A stretch of DNA of 64,000 nt, taken from NCBI GenBank assembly GCA_963771075.1, contig CAVYSE010000018.1, forward strand, positions 96,001-160,000, written 5' to 3'. Position 1 is the stretch's first letter, and the number at the start of each line of letters is the position of its first letter. A model generated the notes under the pieces. The model was given only the letters and a program-made list of their open reading frames with translations. It was not told the DNA's origin and made no database searches. Made by a program: the position numbers and the translations under genes. This DNA comes from a candidate division FCPU426 bacterium. Lineage in GTDB: Bacteria > Oederibacteriota > Muellerivitia > Muellerivitales > Muellerivitaceae. Shown piece after piece: positions 21,477 to 31,692 of this stretch.

Positions 21477-22433
21477 ATGAAAAAGAAAAAACCTGCAAAA
21501 CTCAAGCCGACGGCTAAGGCTCCCGACATGGGCGTCACCATCGGCAAGCTCAAGATGGTCAATCCCGTCATGGTGGCTTCGGGTTGTTTCGGCTATGGCG
21601 AGGAAATTTCCAAGTTCTATCCCTTGAAGCGATTGGGCGCCATTATGGTGAAGGGAACGACCCTGGAACCCCGGCAGGGCAACCTGTTGCCCCGCATGGC
21701 GGAAACCCCCTCGGGCATGTTGAATTCCATCGGATTGCAAAACGTCGGGGTGGAAGCCTTCCTGAAAGAAAAGATGCCCTTTTTGCGGAAGGCCGGCGTA
21801 CCGGTGGTGGTGAATATCAACGGCCGGACCATCGAGGAATACGCCGAACTGGCGGCCCGGTTGGACGGGCAACCCGGCATCGGCGCACTGGAAGTGAATA
21901 TCTCCTGTCCCAATGTGAAGGAGGGAGGGATCGAGTTCGGTTCCAACCCCGAAATGGCCGCGCGGGTAGTCACGGCGGTGCGAAAAGCCACCACCCACAC
22001 CCTGATCACCAAGCTTTCCCCCAACGTTACCAGCGTGAAGGTGATCGCCCGAGCCTGCGTGGAGGCCGGTTCGGACGCCCTCTCGGCCATCAATACGCTG
22101 GTGGGCATGGCCATCGACGCCAAGACTCGCAAGCCCCTGCTCCGTCAAGTGACCGGCGGCCTGTCCGGACCGGCCGTCAAGCCCATTGGCCTCCGGGTGG
22201 TTTACCAGATCCGGCAGGAAGTGAAAGTTCCTATCGTGGGCATGGGGGGCATCGTGACGGGAGAGGACGCGGCGGAATATATGCTGGCCGGCGCCTCGGC
22301 GGTGGCGGTGGGGACCGCCAATTATTTGGAGCCGAGGGCGGCGTTGAACGTGGTGGAGGGCCTGGAAAAATACATGGTGGAACAAAAAATCCGGAATGTT
22401 TCCTCTTTGGTCGGAGGGCTGATTGTTCCTTAA
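21477..22433 (+). CDS. pyrD: Dihydroorotate dehydrogenase B, catalytic subunit
   Basis: NPVMVASG, NSIGLQN, EVNISCPN, KLSPN and GGLSG motifs. Confidence 0.95.
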   Translation: MKKKKPAKLKPTAKAPDMGVTIGKLKMVNPVMVASGCFGYGEEISKFYPLKRLGAIMVKGTTLEPRQGNLLPRMAETPSGMLNSIGLQNVGVEAFLKEKMPFLRKAGVPVVVNINGRTIEEYAELAARLDGQPGIGALEVNISCPNVKEGGIEFGSNPEMAARVVTAVRKATTHTLITKLSPNVTSVKVIARACVEAGSDALSAINTLVGMAIDAKTRKPLLRQVTGGLSGPAVKPIGLRVVYQIRQEVKVPIVGMGGIVTGEDAAEYMLAGASAVAVGTANYLEPRAALNVVEGLEKYMVEQKIRNVSSLVGGLIVP

Positions 22434-22905
22434 ACCATTACTCCCGGCTCTCATTCTCTTTTCGTCTTTTTTGTTTGTGGGGTGTGTGCCCATCCGGCAA
22501 TTGGTGGAGCGCGGGAACCACGAGGCGTCTTCCTCCCATGCGGCGACCCTTGAATTGGATCGGGTCGAAAAACCCATCGGGAAAGACGATTGGAAAAACG
22601 AGATGGAAGGAATCGCTTCCTGGTACGGGGAGGATTTCAACGGCCACCTGACCGCCAACGGCGAGGTCTACGACATGTACGCCTTCACGGCCGCGCACAA
22701 AACCCTTCCCTTGGGAACGGTGGTCAAGGTCACCGACGAGGAAAACGGGATGACCACCCAGGTGCGGATCAATGACCGCGGGCCTTACGTGACCGGCCGG
22801 ATCATCGACCTATCCCGCACCGCCGCGCGGGCGCTGGGAATGCGCGGGGAGGGAACCGCCCGGGTAAAATTGGAAATCGTGAGCTGGCCGAAGAATCAGG
22901 ACTAA
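22423..22905 (+). CDS. rlpA: RlpA-family septal ring lytic transglycosylase lipoprotein
   Basis: Lipobox FVGC; GIASWYG, TAAHKTLP, INDRGP and IIDLS motifs. Confidence 0.9.
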   Translation: MFLKPLLPALILFSSFLFVGCVPIRQLVERGNHEASSSHAATLELDRVEKPIGKDDWKNEMEGIASWYGEDFNGHLTANGEVYDMYAFTAAHKTLPLGTVVKVTDEENGMTTQVRINDRGPYVTGRIIDLSRTAARALGMRGEGTARVKLEIVSWPKNQD

Positions 22906-23072
22906 GTCAGCGCAAGGTTTTCCTTGCGTTTCTTGATTTCCCTTTCGATTTCCAGCAGGCAACTCACGCAAAAATACCACCCGTCCTTATTCACCAGATT
23001 TTTTCCCACGGTCCCCTTTTTTTTACAAAAATCGCATTCTTGAAAAAGACTTTCCTGGGTTTGGGTCGGCAT
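22902..23072 (-). CDS. Small CxxC-x18-CxxC zinc-finger protein (56 aa, not in ORF track)
   Basis: Manual translation MPTQTQESLFQECDFCKKKGTVGKNLVNKDGWYFCVSCLLEIEREIKKRKENLALT; AGGAGGTG RBS just upstream. Confidence 0.7.
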   Translation of the reverse strand: MPTQTQESLFQECDFCKKKGTVGKNLVNKDGWYFCVSCLLEIEREIKKRKENLALT

Positions 23073-23206
23073 AAAACACCTCCTGCGCTTGATACGAATA
23101 GGTTAGGGAAGGAGGATTAAATAACTGTAACGAATCCCAAAATGATTAGTTACAATGGCGTCGGTTCGGGAAAAATCGCCCACTTTTTTGCGTCCACAGG
23201 CTGAAA

Positions 23207-24034
23207 GTGATGACTATGACAACCTTCTCGGAAAAATTGAAAGCCGCGACCCAGCGCACGAAAGCCTGCCTTTGCGTGGGGCTGGACGTGGACCTGGCCA
23301 AGATGCCCAAGGGCCTTTCCCGCGACTCCGAGGGGATCCTGCGATTCTGCCGATCCATCGTGGAGGCCACCCGCGACCTGGCGGTGGCCTATAAACCCAA
23401 CCTGGCTTTTTTTGAGTCCCTGGGGCCGCGGGGTTTCGAGATCCTCGAACTCATCCGCCAGTCCGTCCCTTACGACTGCCTGTTCGTCGCCGACGCCAAG
23501 CGGGGAGATATCGGTAACACCTCCCAGGCCTATGCCCGGGCTTTTTACGGGCTTTTGAAATCCGACGCGGTGACCCTTTCCCCCTATATGGGGAAGGATT
23601 CCATCGATCCCTTCCTCGAATATCCCGGCACCTGTTCCTTTGTCCTTTGCCTGACTTCCAATCCCTCCGCGGCGGATTTCCAGCTGCAAACCTTGCAAGG
23701 CGGGGAGAAGCTTTATGAGAGGGTGGCCAAGACCGCCGTGGGCTGGGGAAAGGATAAAAAAGGCGAGATCGGCCTGGTCGTGGGCGCCACCCAGGCCCAA
23801 TACGTCAAGGAACTGAGGGCGATCGCCCCCGATACCGTTTTTCTGGTTCCGGGGGTGGGAACCCAGGGCGGGGACCTGCAGTCGGTATTGAAAGAAGGAC
23901 GATCCAAGGATGGATACGGGGTCCTGATCAACGTTTCCCGGCAGATGCTTTACGCCTCCGCCGAGAATGATTACGCCGACGCGGCCCGGGAACAGGCGCA
24001 AAAGCTGGTGAACGAGATGAAGGCGTACTTCTAG
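23207..24034 (+). CDS. pyrF: Orotidine-5'-phosphate decarboxylase
   Basis: LCVGLD, YKPNLAFFE, DAKRGDIGNT, LVVGAT and LVPGVGTQGG motifs. Confidence 0.96.
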   Translation: MMTMTTFSEKLKAATQRTKACLCVGLDVDLAKMPKGLSRDSEGILRFCRSIVEATRDLAVAYKPNLAFFESLGPRGFEILELIRQSVPYDCLFVADAKRGDIGNTSQAYARAFYGLLKSDAVTLSPYMGKDSIDPFLEYPGTCSFVLCLTSNPSAADFQLQTLQGGEKLYERVAKTAVGWGKDKKGEIGLVVGATQAQYVKELRAIAPDTVFLVPGVGTQGGDLQSVLKEGRSKDGYGVLINVSRQMLYASAENDYADAAREQAQKLVNEMKAYF

Positions 24035-24038
24035 GATT

Positions 24039-24518
24039 ATCGCCAAGACACGAAGACACGAAGGAAATCCAAATGGATTTTGTTCAAACGGACAAAGCCA
24101 TGATGAAAATAGACGATGATACGGAAAGAATCGCCAAGGAAATTGTCGATTCGGCTTATCAAGTCCACAATCTTTTAGGCCCTGGCCTCTTAGAGAGTGC
24201 TTACGAAGTATGTCTGGCTCACGAATTAGAACTTAGGGGCTTAAAAATTGAACGCCAGGTGGAAGTGCCTTTTGAGTATAAAGGAATTCGTATAGACGCA
24301 GGATTTGTTGGTGGAAAAGCGAGTTATCGTGGAAGTTAAGGCGATGGAGGGTTTGCTTCCCGTTCACCGATATCAGTTGATCACTTATTTAAAGCTTTCA
24401 AAACACAATCTGGGTTTTCTTGTAAACTTTAATGAATCTGTCATCAAGAATGGACTAAAACGAATTATTCTTTCAAAGTAATGATTCATCGTTTTTCGCG
24501 TCTTGGCGTCTTCGCGAT
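24039..24518. mobile_element. Octamer-IR cassette 1, carrying a GxxExxY pseudogene
   Basis: Arms 24039-24062 and 24495-24518, 20/24 complementary; between pyrF and pyrE. Confidence 0.7.
24073..24481 (+). pseudogene. GxxExxY-family (PDDEXK_3) protein, frameshifted near 24305
   Basis: LGPGLLESAY motif; second frame continues [12 protein letters not shown]...YLKLS...GFLVNF to TAA at 24481. Confidence 0.88.
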
Positions 24519-24542
24519 TAAACTTTGAAGTTCGGGGGGAAA

Positions 24543-25124
24543 ATGACGAACGACGAAGTCCTGAAAATATTCGAGGAAACACACGCCCTCTTGAAGGGGC
24601 ATTTCCGCCTTTCCTCGGGCCGCCACAGCGACCGGTATTTACAATGCGCCCTGGTGTTGCAATATCCCTGGCAGGCGGAGAAGCTAGGGCAAGCCCTCGC
24701 GGAAAAAGTCAAGGAATTGAAGCCCCAGGCGGTTCTTTCGCCCGCCATGGGCGGGCTTTTCGTGGGGCATGAACTGGCCCGCGCGCTCAAGGTCCGGTCG
24801 ATCTTCACCGAACGCAACAAGGAAACCGACGCCATGGAACTCAAAAGGGGTTTTACCGTGGAAAAGGGCGAGAGGATCTTCACCGTCGAGGATATATTCA
24901 CGACCGGGAAATCCGTCAAGGAATCCTACCAGGTGGTCCGCAATATGGGCGCCGAGGTGGTAGGCGTGGGATGCCTGATCGACCGCAGCGGCGGCGAAAT
25001 TGCCTTTGACGTGCCGGTCCGTTCGCTGGCGTCCTTGAAGGTGGAAAGCTGGGAAGAGAAGGATTGCGCCCTTTGCAAACAGGGGATGCCGGTGGTGAAA
25101 CCCGGTTCCCGGTCCAAATTCTAA
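24543..25124 (+). CDS. pyrE: Orotate phosphoribosyltransferase
   Basis: GHFRLSSGRHS, VEDIFTTGKS and KPGSR motifs. Confidence 0.96.
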   Translation: MTNDEVLKIFEETHALLKGHFRLSSGRHSDRYLQCALVLQYPWQAEKLGQALAEKVKELKPQAVLSPAMGGLFVGHELARALKVRSIFTERNKETDAMELKRGFTVEKGERIFTVEDIFTTGKSVKESYQVVRNMGAEVVGVGCLIDRSGGEIAFDVPVRSLASLKVESWEEKDCALCKQGMPVVKPGSRSKF

Positions 25125-25149
25125 GGAAAACGTCAACTTCAAGGATTAG

Positions 25150-25278
25150 CGCCAAGACACGAAGAAGAGTAGGCATAAAATGAACGGGGTTAACCAATTA
25201 GGAGTGTAAAAGGAATAAGTCTTTGACTTTAGTGTTCGCACGAAGAACTTGTTTTCTTGGGGCCTTCGTGTCTTGGCG
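25150..25278. repeat. Octamer-IR cassette 2 (empty)
   Basis: Perfect 15-bp IR CGCCAAGACACGAAG (25150-25164) / CTTCGTGTCTTGGCG (25264-25278); AT-rich interior. Confidence 0.8.
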
Positions 25279-25311
25279 ATGGATTTGAAGTTAATCGATA
25301 ATGAGGTTTGA

Positions 25312-25596
25312 ATGCCCGAAAAGAAACCCCAACCTAAGACCGATTCCTCTCCCGCCGACCGAAACACGGTCCGGGAATATATCCAGGCGAACCTGCTGGT
25401 ATGGGGTTTCCTGGTATTGCTGGGAATCATCGCCTTCTTCTTCGTGTGCGGGGGAGTTTGGGATGACGTGTCCGAGGGGACCCTGGAATTCCTTTTCGTG
25501 ATCATGGGCGGCGGCTTTACCCTGGTATCCGCCTTGGACTATCTTTACGACCGGAATTTCCGCGCCCAAGCCGCCAACGAGGAGGAACATTCTTGA
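25312..25596 (+). CDS. Small two-TM membrane protein
   Basis: Two hydrophobic segments; GAGG RBS; overlaps the next gene. Confidence 0.7.
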   Translation: MPEKKPQPKTDSSPADRNTVREYIQANLLVWGFLVLLGIIAFFFVCGGVWDDVSEGTLEFLFVIMGGGFTLVSALDYLYDRNFRAQAANEEEHS

Positions 25597-26654
25597 ACTC
25601 TTTCTTGAATAAAAGGATTGCGCTGTTTCTGGCCTGGACCCTCCTGTTTTCCCCCGGGATGACCGCCCTTTCCTTCGCCCAGGCGGCGAATGCCACGGGG
25701 GCGAATGCCATGGCGGCGAACACACCTTTGGCATCGTCGGCCAACGCGGCCGCGACCCCTTCGCCGGCCGACCCCGACGAGCTTTCCACGATCCAGCACC
25801 TGGCCCAAGCCGGTTATTTAGGCGATCAAAAGGCCAAATACCTTTCTGAAAACTTGACCGAGGACCAGATTACGGACGCGTTATTGGCCATTTATGAACA
25901 GCTTTCCGCCGTGGATTCCAAGACCCTATCCCCTGGAAACAAACAATATACGCTGGATGATTTGCAGGCCCTCCAGGCGCTGGTCAAGGATAAGGCGGAG
26001 GATATCCGTGCCCGGAAGGTTTCCTCCTGGCGTTTTGATAACAAGATCCAGAAGATGATCGCGGCCCTCGGCGGAACCGCCCCTGCCCCGGCCAGTACGG
26101 CCGCGCCCCCGCCCACCGCGACTGTCCTTCCCGCAGCGCCCACCGCGACCCCTACCCCGGTCGTCACGCCCGGCCCTTCACGGCAGGAGTTCGAAAGTTT
26201 GAAATCCAACCTCCAGGATTTGGACCGGAAAACCCTGGACATCCAAAAGAGCTATGACCTGAAAGCCGATGAAATCGCCAAAAGCAACGATGAAATGAAG
26301 AAATCCAACGCGGAGGTCCGGGAACAGCTGGACCTGGTGAAAAACCTCATCGACCGGGTCCAGGAAGACCTTCAAAAGACGGAAAACCGCCTGGAGCAGG
26401 TGAGCCAAAAGGCGGAGGAAAAGAACATCACGGACACGGAGCTGGAGCAGGAATTAACGGTCATGCACAAGGATATGAGGGATAATGTGCAGGATGTGAG
26501 CGTACTCAAGCAGGAAGTGGCGAAGTTGGATAAGAGCGGCGAGGTCAAGAGCGAGAACGTGCTGGACCAGGTCCTTGACTCGAAATGGCTCGCGGGCGGG
26601 GCCCTGGTGGTCGGGTTGGCCGCCTTGGTGGTGGGTTTAAGCAACCATAAGTAA
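25593..26654 (+). CDS. Exported coiled-coil protein with a C-terminal hydrophobic anchor
   Basis: Signal peptide, Pro/Ala/Thr linker, long heptad region, C-terminal WLAGGALVVGLAALVVGLS. Confidence 0.75.
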   Translation: MNSFLNKRIALFLAWTLLFSPGMTALSFAQAANATGANAMAANTPLASSANAAATPSPADPDELSTIQHLAQAGYLGDQKAKYLSENLTEDQITDALLAIYEQLSAVDSKTLSPGNKQYTLDDLQALQALVKDKAEDIRARKVSSWRFDNKIQKMIAALGGTAPAPASTAAPPPTATVLPAAPTATPTPVVTPGPSRQEFESLKSNLQDLDRKTLDIQKSYDLKADEIAKSNDEMKKSNAEVREQLDLVKNLIDRVQEDLQKTENRLEQVSQKAEEKNITDTELEQELTVMHKDMRDNVQDVSVLKQEVAKLDKSGEVKSENVLDQVLDSKWLAGGALVVGLAALVVGLSNHK

Positions 26655-26729
26655 ACCGGGGGTTGTTCTGGAACCGCCGGTAAGGTGGGGCGGGTAAATT
26701 TAAAAGAGTTTTGAATAAAGGAGCGGACC

Positions 26730-27380
26730 ATGTTCTTAGGACATTATGGGGTCGGGATGGCGGCGAAAAAGATCGCCCCAAAAACTTCCCTGGGCATTCT
26801 CCTGGCGGCGGCCCAGTGGCTGGACATTCTCTGGCCGCTTTTCCTGATCCTGGGCATCGAGCATGTACGCATCACGCCTAATTGGACCAAGCTCAGCCCG
26901 TTGGAGTTTTACGACTTTCCCATGTCCCACAGCCTCCTGATGGTCGGCTTTTGGGCCTTGCTATGGTGGCTGGTTTCCACGGCCCTTAAGATGAACTGGA
27001 AAGTCTCGCTGATCCTTCCGGGCCTGGTCGTGAGCCATTGGGTCTTGGACCTGCTGGTCCACCGCCCGGACCTTCCGCTGACGCCGCGAAGCAGCACGGT
27101 GATGGGATTGGGATTGTGGAACTATCCCATCTGGACCATCAACCTCGAGTTCATCCTATTGATCGTCGGATTCGCCCTCTATATCGGCTGCACGGAGGCA
27201 AAAGATAGGATCGGTTCCATCGGTCCTTGGGTCTTGACCGGCTTTCTCGTGGCCGTCTATGTGGCCAGCCTGGTGTCCCCGCCGCCGCCCTCATCGGATT
27301 TCGTCGCCTGGATGGCCCTTTCCCTATGGGCGCTTTACCCCATCGCCCATTGGATCGACCGGCACCGTAAGCCTGCCTGA
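26730..27380 (+). CDS. Membrane-bound metal-dependent hydrolase-like protein
   Basis: MFLGH, SHSL and SHWVLDLLVHRPDLP motifs; multiple TM helices. Confidence 0.75.
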   Translation: MFLGHYGVGMAAKKIAPKTSLGILLAAAQWLDILWPLFLILGIEHVRITPNWTKLSPLEFYDFPMSHSLLMVGFWALLWWLVSTALKMNWKVSLILPGLVVSHWVLDLLVHRPDLPLTPRSSTVMGLGLWNYPIWTINLEFILLIVGFALYIGCTEAKDRIGSIGPWVLTGFLVAVYVASLVSPPPPSSDFVAWMALSLWALYPIAHWIDRHRKPA

Positions 27381-27382
27381 AC

Positions 27383-27823
27383 ATGAAGCCCATTACGGTC
27401 CGGAAGGCCAACGATTCGGACGAAAGCGCCCTGGCGCTGGTATACCGGGCCGTCTTTTCCTCCCCCCCCTACCAGGAACCCTGGACCGACCACGCGGCAC
27501 GGTTACGGGTGCGCCAGCTTCTCCAGGCCATCGACGGCATGGGTTGGGTCGTGACCCTTTACGGCCAGCCTGTAGGTTTTGCCTTCATTCAAATGAAAGA
27601 GGGATACAACGGCAGCTACGTGGAACTTTTAGAAACCGCGGTGCACCCCTATCTTCAGGGCCAAGGAATGGGGAGCCTCCTGATGGGGGAAGTCCTGAAG
27701 TTCAAAAGGTCCAAGAAATTGAAAACCCTCTATGGGGTTTGTTTGAATCCAAAACTCGGAACCTTTTTCAAGAAATGCGGGTTTAAACTTTCAAAACGGG
27801 CAAGACTTTGGTCCAAACTTTGA
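27383..27823 (+). CDS. GNAT-family acetyltransferase
   Basis: AVHPYLQGQGMGSLLM motif A; FFKKCGF. Confidence 0.88.
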   Translation: MKPITVRKANDSDESALALVYRAVFSSPPYQEPWTDHAARLRVRQLLQAIDGMGWVVTLYGQPVGFAFIQMKEGYNGSYVELLETAVHPYLQGQGMGSLLMGEVLKFKRSKKLKTLYGVCLNPKLGTFFKKCGFKLSKRARLWSKL

Positions 27824-27985
27824 TGTTCGATGTGAAAATTGACACTTTTGAATTAAATCGATAGAAATTTAACGTTTAAACCCTTTTAAATAGCTAAAAA
27901 CGTATCAAGACCCCCCGAAAACTTAGTTTTTGATGGTATGGAAAATGCTTTTCCTAAATGAAACGATTCTTTTCAAGGGGATAGC

Positions 27986-28129
27986 ATGGCTCGGGTTTGG
28001 ATCCTACTTATGGGTTTGGTCTTAATGACTTTGGCTTTTGCTTGCGCTTCGCGAAGCCTGCAATCGCCGGTGAATCCCGAACAGGGCCTCACCCTCGTTC
28101 CCACCGCGACCTTGACGCCGACACAATAA
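27986..28129 (+). CDS. Small lipoprotein with a Pro/Thr tail (47 aa, not in ORF track)
   Basis: MARVWILLMGLVLMTLAFAC lipoprotein signal then ASRSLQSPVNPEQGLTLVPTATLTPTQ; AAGGGGA RBS. Confidence 0.6.
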   Translation: MARVWILLMGLVLMTLAFACASRSLQSPVNPEQGLTLVPTATLTPTQ

Positions 28130-28150
28130 GACACTGATTCAAGCTGGCCT

Positions 28151-29837
28151 TCATTCAATCCTCAAACCTGCCGCTTTAACCTCCAACGTCAAACTTCTTT
28201 CTTTCGTGAGCGTCACCATTCCCATGGGTGCCCCGGGGATGCGCCTCACATTTTTCTTTTCGGTGTAACTCACGGTCACCTTTTCCCCGGCCTTGGCCTT
28301 GCTGCGCGTGGCCGCGGCCTGGGCCGCCATATGGATGAGTTCAAGGGTGGGTACGGCCCCGCGCTGGAGGCGGCGGAGCAAAACATGGGAACCGGGCAAA
28401 TCCCGCACATGGAACCAGAGGTCCTCCGGCTGGGCCAGTTGGAAGGTAACGTAATCATTGGCGGCGGCGGAAGTGCCCGCGCAAAGCTCGAATTCCTTTC
28501 CGATTTTTTCCCGGAAAATATTGGGGGTCGGCACCTTTTCAATCCTGGGCTTGGCGGTTTTGAGCCTGACGGCCTTCTCGACCGGGAAGAGTTCCTGGTG
28601 GGCCTTCTTAATCTCCCGGGGGTCTTTGAGGGCGGGCAGGCTCCGCTGGGCCGATTTCAACTGCTCGATCCGGGTCTTGACCTCGTTTTCCCTTTTTTCA
28701 ACCTGGGCCAGTCCCCTCGATCCCTTTTGGGCCTTCTTGAAATAACGCTGGGCGTTCAGGAGGGGAGTGGCTTCCGGGTCGAGGGGAACGCGTTGAAGCT
28801 CGGGGTTTCCCCGGATCACGTCCTCCAAGACCGTCTCGGACTGGTGGATCTTGATCTTGTGAAGCTGGGCCATGATCAGTCTCGCCCCACCATTGGTATT
28901 GGTCGGACCGTTCGGCTTCGGCCGGTCTTTCTTCAGCTTTTCCATGATCCGTTTCTCATGCTTGAGCGCCTTGGCGATCTCGCTTTCCAAGGTGGTTTTT
29001 TGGGAAAGCCAATGGCGGTGCTGGTTGTCCAATTGGAACAACCGGGAGAGGGCCTGATAGGCGGTGGGGAAGGTTTCCCTTTCCTTGGCCGTGGGAATGG
29101 ACTCGTGGAAGAGGCGCAGGACCGGGGGCGGGCCCAGGAACAGGATGAAATCATGCCAAGGGCCCCTCCAGCGCAAGCTTTTTCACCCGGTCCCATTCGG
29201 TAAAGGCGCCGTCGCTAAAGCTTTCCAGGTAGACCGGAAAGCTCAGGGTCGGTGCCCCGCAAATCGGTTTTCAGCCAAGGTCCGAGGGGCGGACGGCCCG
29301 CCATGGGCCCAGAGAGCTTGGAGGGACGATGGGTCCAAATCCCAAAGGTTGGGCTTGTCCCCGGGCTGGGGGGCGGGGGAATAGGGGACCTGGGGAAGCA
29401 CCGGCCTTTCCGAGTCGTTGCGGTAACGCAGGGCGCTGATGATCCCGCCGTCGCCGCCGATCAGGATCAAATTCGGATACTTGGGGAGCCCCTCGAAGAT
29501 CAGCTTGAACGGACCGTCGTGGGTCTTCAAAAGAATCTGGATCACCCTTTGGCCGGGTTCCTGGACCACGTCCAGGACCTGGGCGTAATCCAGGTTCTTG
29601 CGCAGGGACCTGCAAAAATTGGGAGGCTTGTCCAGGGCGGGAGGTTTTTGATCGGTCAGGAAGAGGATCGGCTTCAGGGCCATCAGGGCCGTGACCAGGT
29701 AATAGGTTCTGCCGGTCGGGGTGGTAAAGGGACAACTCCACATGGTCGGGGGAGGACTGGGAGACGTGGGAGACCCTTGAACCGGGTAATAGGGATTTCA
29801 GTTCCCGGGCCAGCAGGGTGGCGAGTAGGGGTGTCAG
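28151..29837 (-). CDS. NFACT/Rqc2 (RqcH, FbpA-like) ribosome quality-control protein, broken by several frameshifts
   Basis: FCRSLRKNL, NLIL, NAQRYFKKAQK and DLWFHVRDLPGSHV motifs spread over several frames; start is approximate. Confidence 0.8.
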
Positions 29838-29969
29838 GTTTGGGTCCTCAAGGTTGGCATTGGGTTGAATTTTACCATTTTGTTTGAAGGGTAGGGCCCT
29901 TGTTTGGGGGGGCCGGGGGGAATAAACTGAGGAAGATACAGGGTGATCGCAAGGCTCAAGGGGACGCGG

Positions 29970-31650
29970 ATGGATCAGCCATGGCTATCTTCTTATGACC
30001 GGGGAGTGCCAAAAACCCTTGAATACCCGGAATGCACCCTTCCGGACCTGCTCCAACAAACCGCCGAAAAGTACCCCCGCCATTCCGCGATCCATTATTT
30101 CGGTTCGACCCTCACCTACCGGGAACTCAACCAAAAAGTCGACCAATTCGCCAATCTTTTGATCCGGGAGGGCGTCCAACCCGGCGACCGGGTGGCCCTT
30201 TACCTGCCCAACTGCCCGCCTTGTGTCATCGCCTTTTTCGGGGCCATGCGGGCCGGGGCGGTGGTGACGCAATTGAACCCCCTCTACTCCAAAACCGAGA
30301 CCGTCCACCAGCTGAAAGATTCGGGGGCGAGGGTGGTGGTGTCGCTGGACCGGTTCGTGCCCATCCTCGATTCGATCATTGAGGAATGCGGCCTTCGAAA
30401 AATTTGGCTGACCCGCATCAACGATTATTTCGCCAAACCCCTGAAGTGGTTTTATCCCCTGCGCGCGATGGCGCAAAAGTCCTGGGTGCGTTGGCCGGAT
30501 AAGGCCATTTACCGAAGTTTCGTGAAGGACCTGGATTCGGCTCTCGGCGCCAGTCCATGCCCTGTCCCTGGCGAAGATGGACGACACGGCCATCCTGCAA
30601 TATACCGGCGGAACCACCGGGGTTTCCAAGGGCGTGATCCTGACCCAGCGGAACCTGGTGGCCAACGCTTACCAGTGCAAGTTGTGGTTCCCGGGCATTC
30701 CCGACGGGAGCGCGGTCTTTTTGATCGCGGTGCCGATTTTCCATTGCTACGGCTTGACCGCGGGCATGAACTTCGCGCTTTTCAAAGCCTCGCCCATGGT
30801 GCTCCTGCCCAAGTTCGACGTAACGCAGGTGCTGGAGGCCATCCAAAAATACAAGGTGGCGGTTTTCCCGGGTGTGCAGGCCATGTACAACGCCATCAAC
30901 CAGCATCCCCGGACCTCCCATTACGACCTTCGAAGCATCGTGGCCTGCCTTTCCGGCGCCGGGCCCCTGCACCTGGAGGTCCAGAAGAAATTCGAGGAGC
31001 TGACGGGCGGGCGTGTCTCGGAAGGCTACGGGCTGACCGAGGCATCCCCCGTCACGCATTGCAACCCCATTTTTGGAAAACGCAAGATCGGGTGCATCGG
31101 CGTGCCCTTTCCGGGTACGGATTGCAAGATCGTGGACTTGGAGACGGGCAAGAAGACCCTGGGCGCGGGGGAGGTCGGCGAGATTATCGTCAAAGGCCCG
31201 CAGGTCATGCAGGGCTACTGGAACCACCCGGAAGAAACCGCCAAGGTATTGAAGGACGGATGGCTTTATACGGGGGACATCGGGACCATGGACGCCGACG
31301 GGTTCTTTTCCGTCGTGGACCGCAAGAAGGATATGGTCAAGGTCGGGGGTGAAAGTGTATTCCCGCGCGAGGTGGAGGAAGTTTTATTCCAGCACCCCAA
31401 AGTCCTGGATTGCGTGGTGGCGGGCGTGCCGGACGCGGCCATGGTGCACAAGGTGAAGGCCTACATCGTTTTGAAACCGGGCCAATCGGCCGATCCCCAG
31501 GACATCATCGATTTTTGCAAGGGGCAAATGGCGAAATACAAGGTCCCCAAGGACGTGGAGTTCAGGGAGTCTTTGCCCAAGAACATGATCGGGAAGATGC
31601 TGAGGCGGTTGCTGGTGGAAGAAGAAAAGGAAAAACTAAAGAAGATTTAA
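29970..31650 (+). CDS. fadD: Long-chain fatty-acid-CoA ligase, frameshift near 30540-30576
   Basis: PWLSSYD N-terminus; LQYTGGTTGVSKG, EGYGLTE, WLYTGD and GKMLRR motifs. Confidence 0.88.
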
Positions 31651-31692
31651 CCGCCAAGACGCAAAGACGCCAAGGGAACCTTTGGAGGATTT

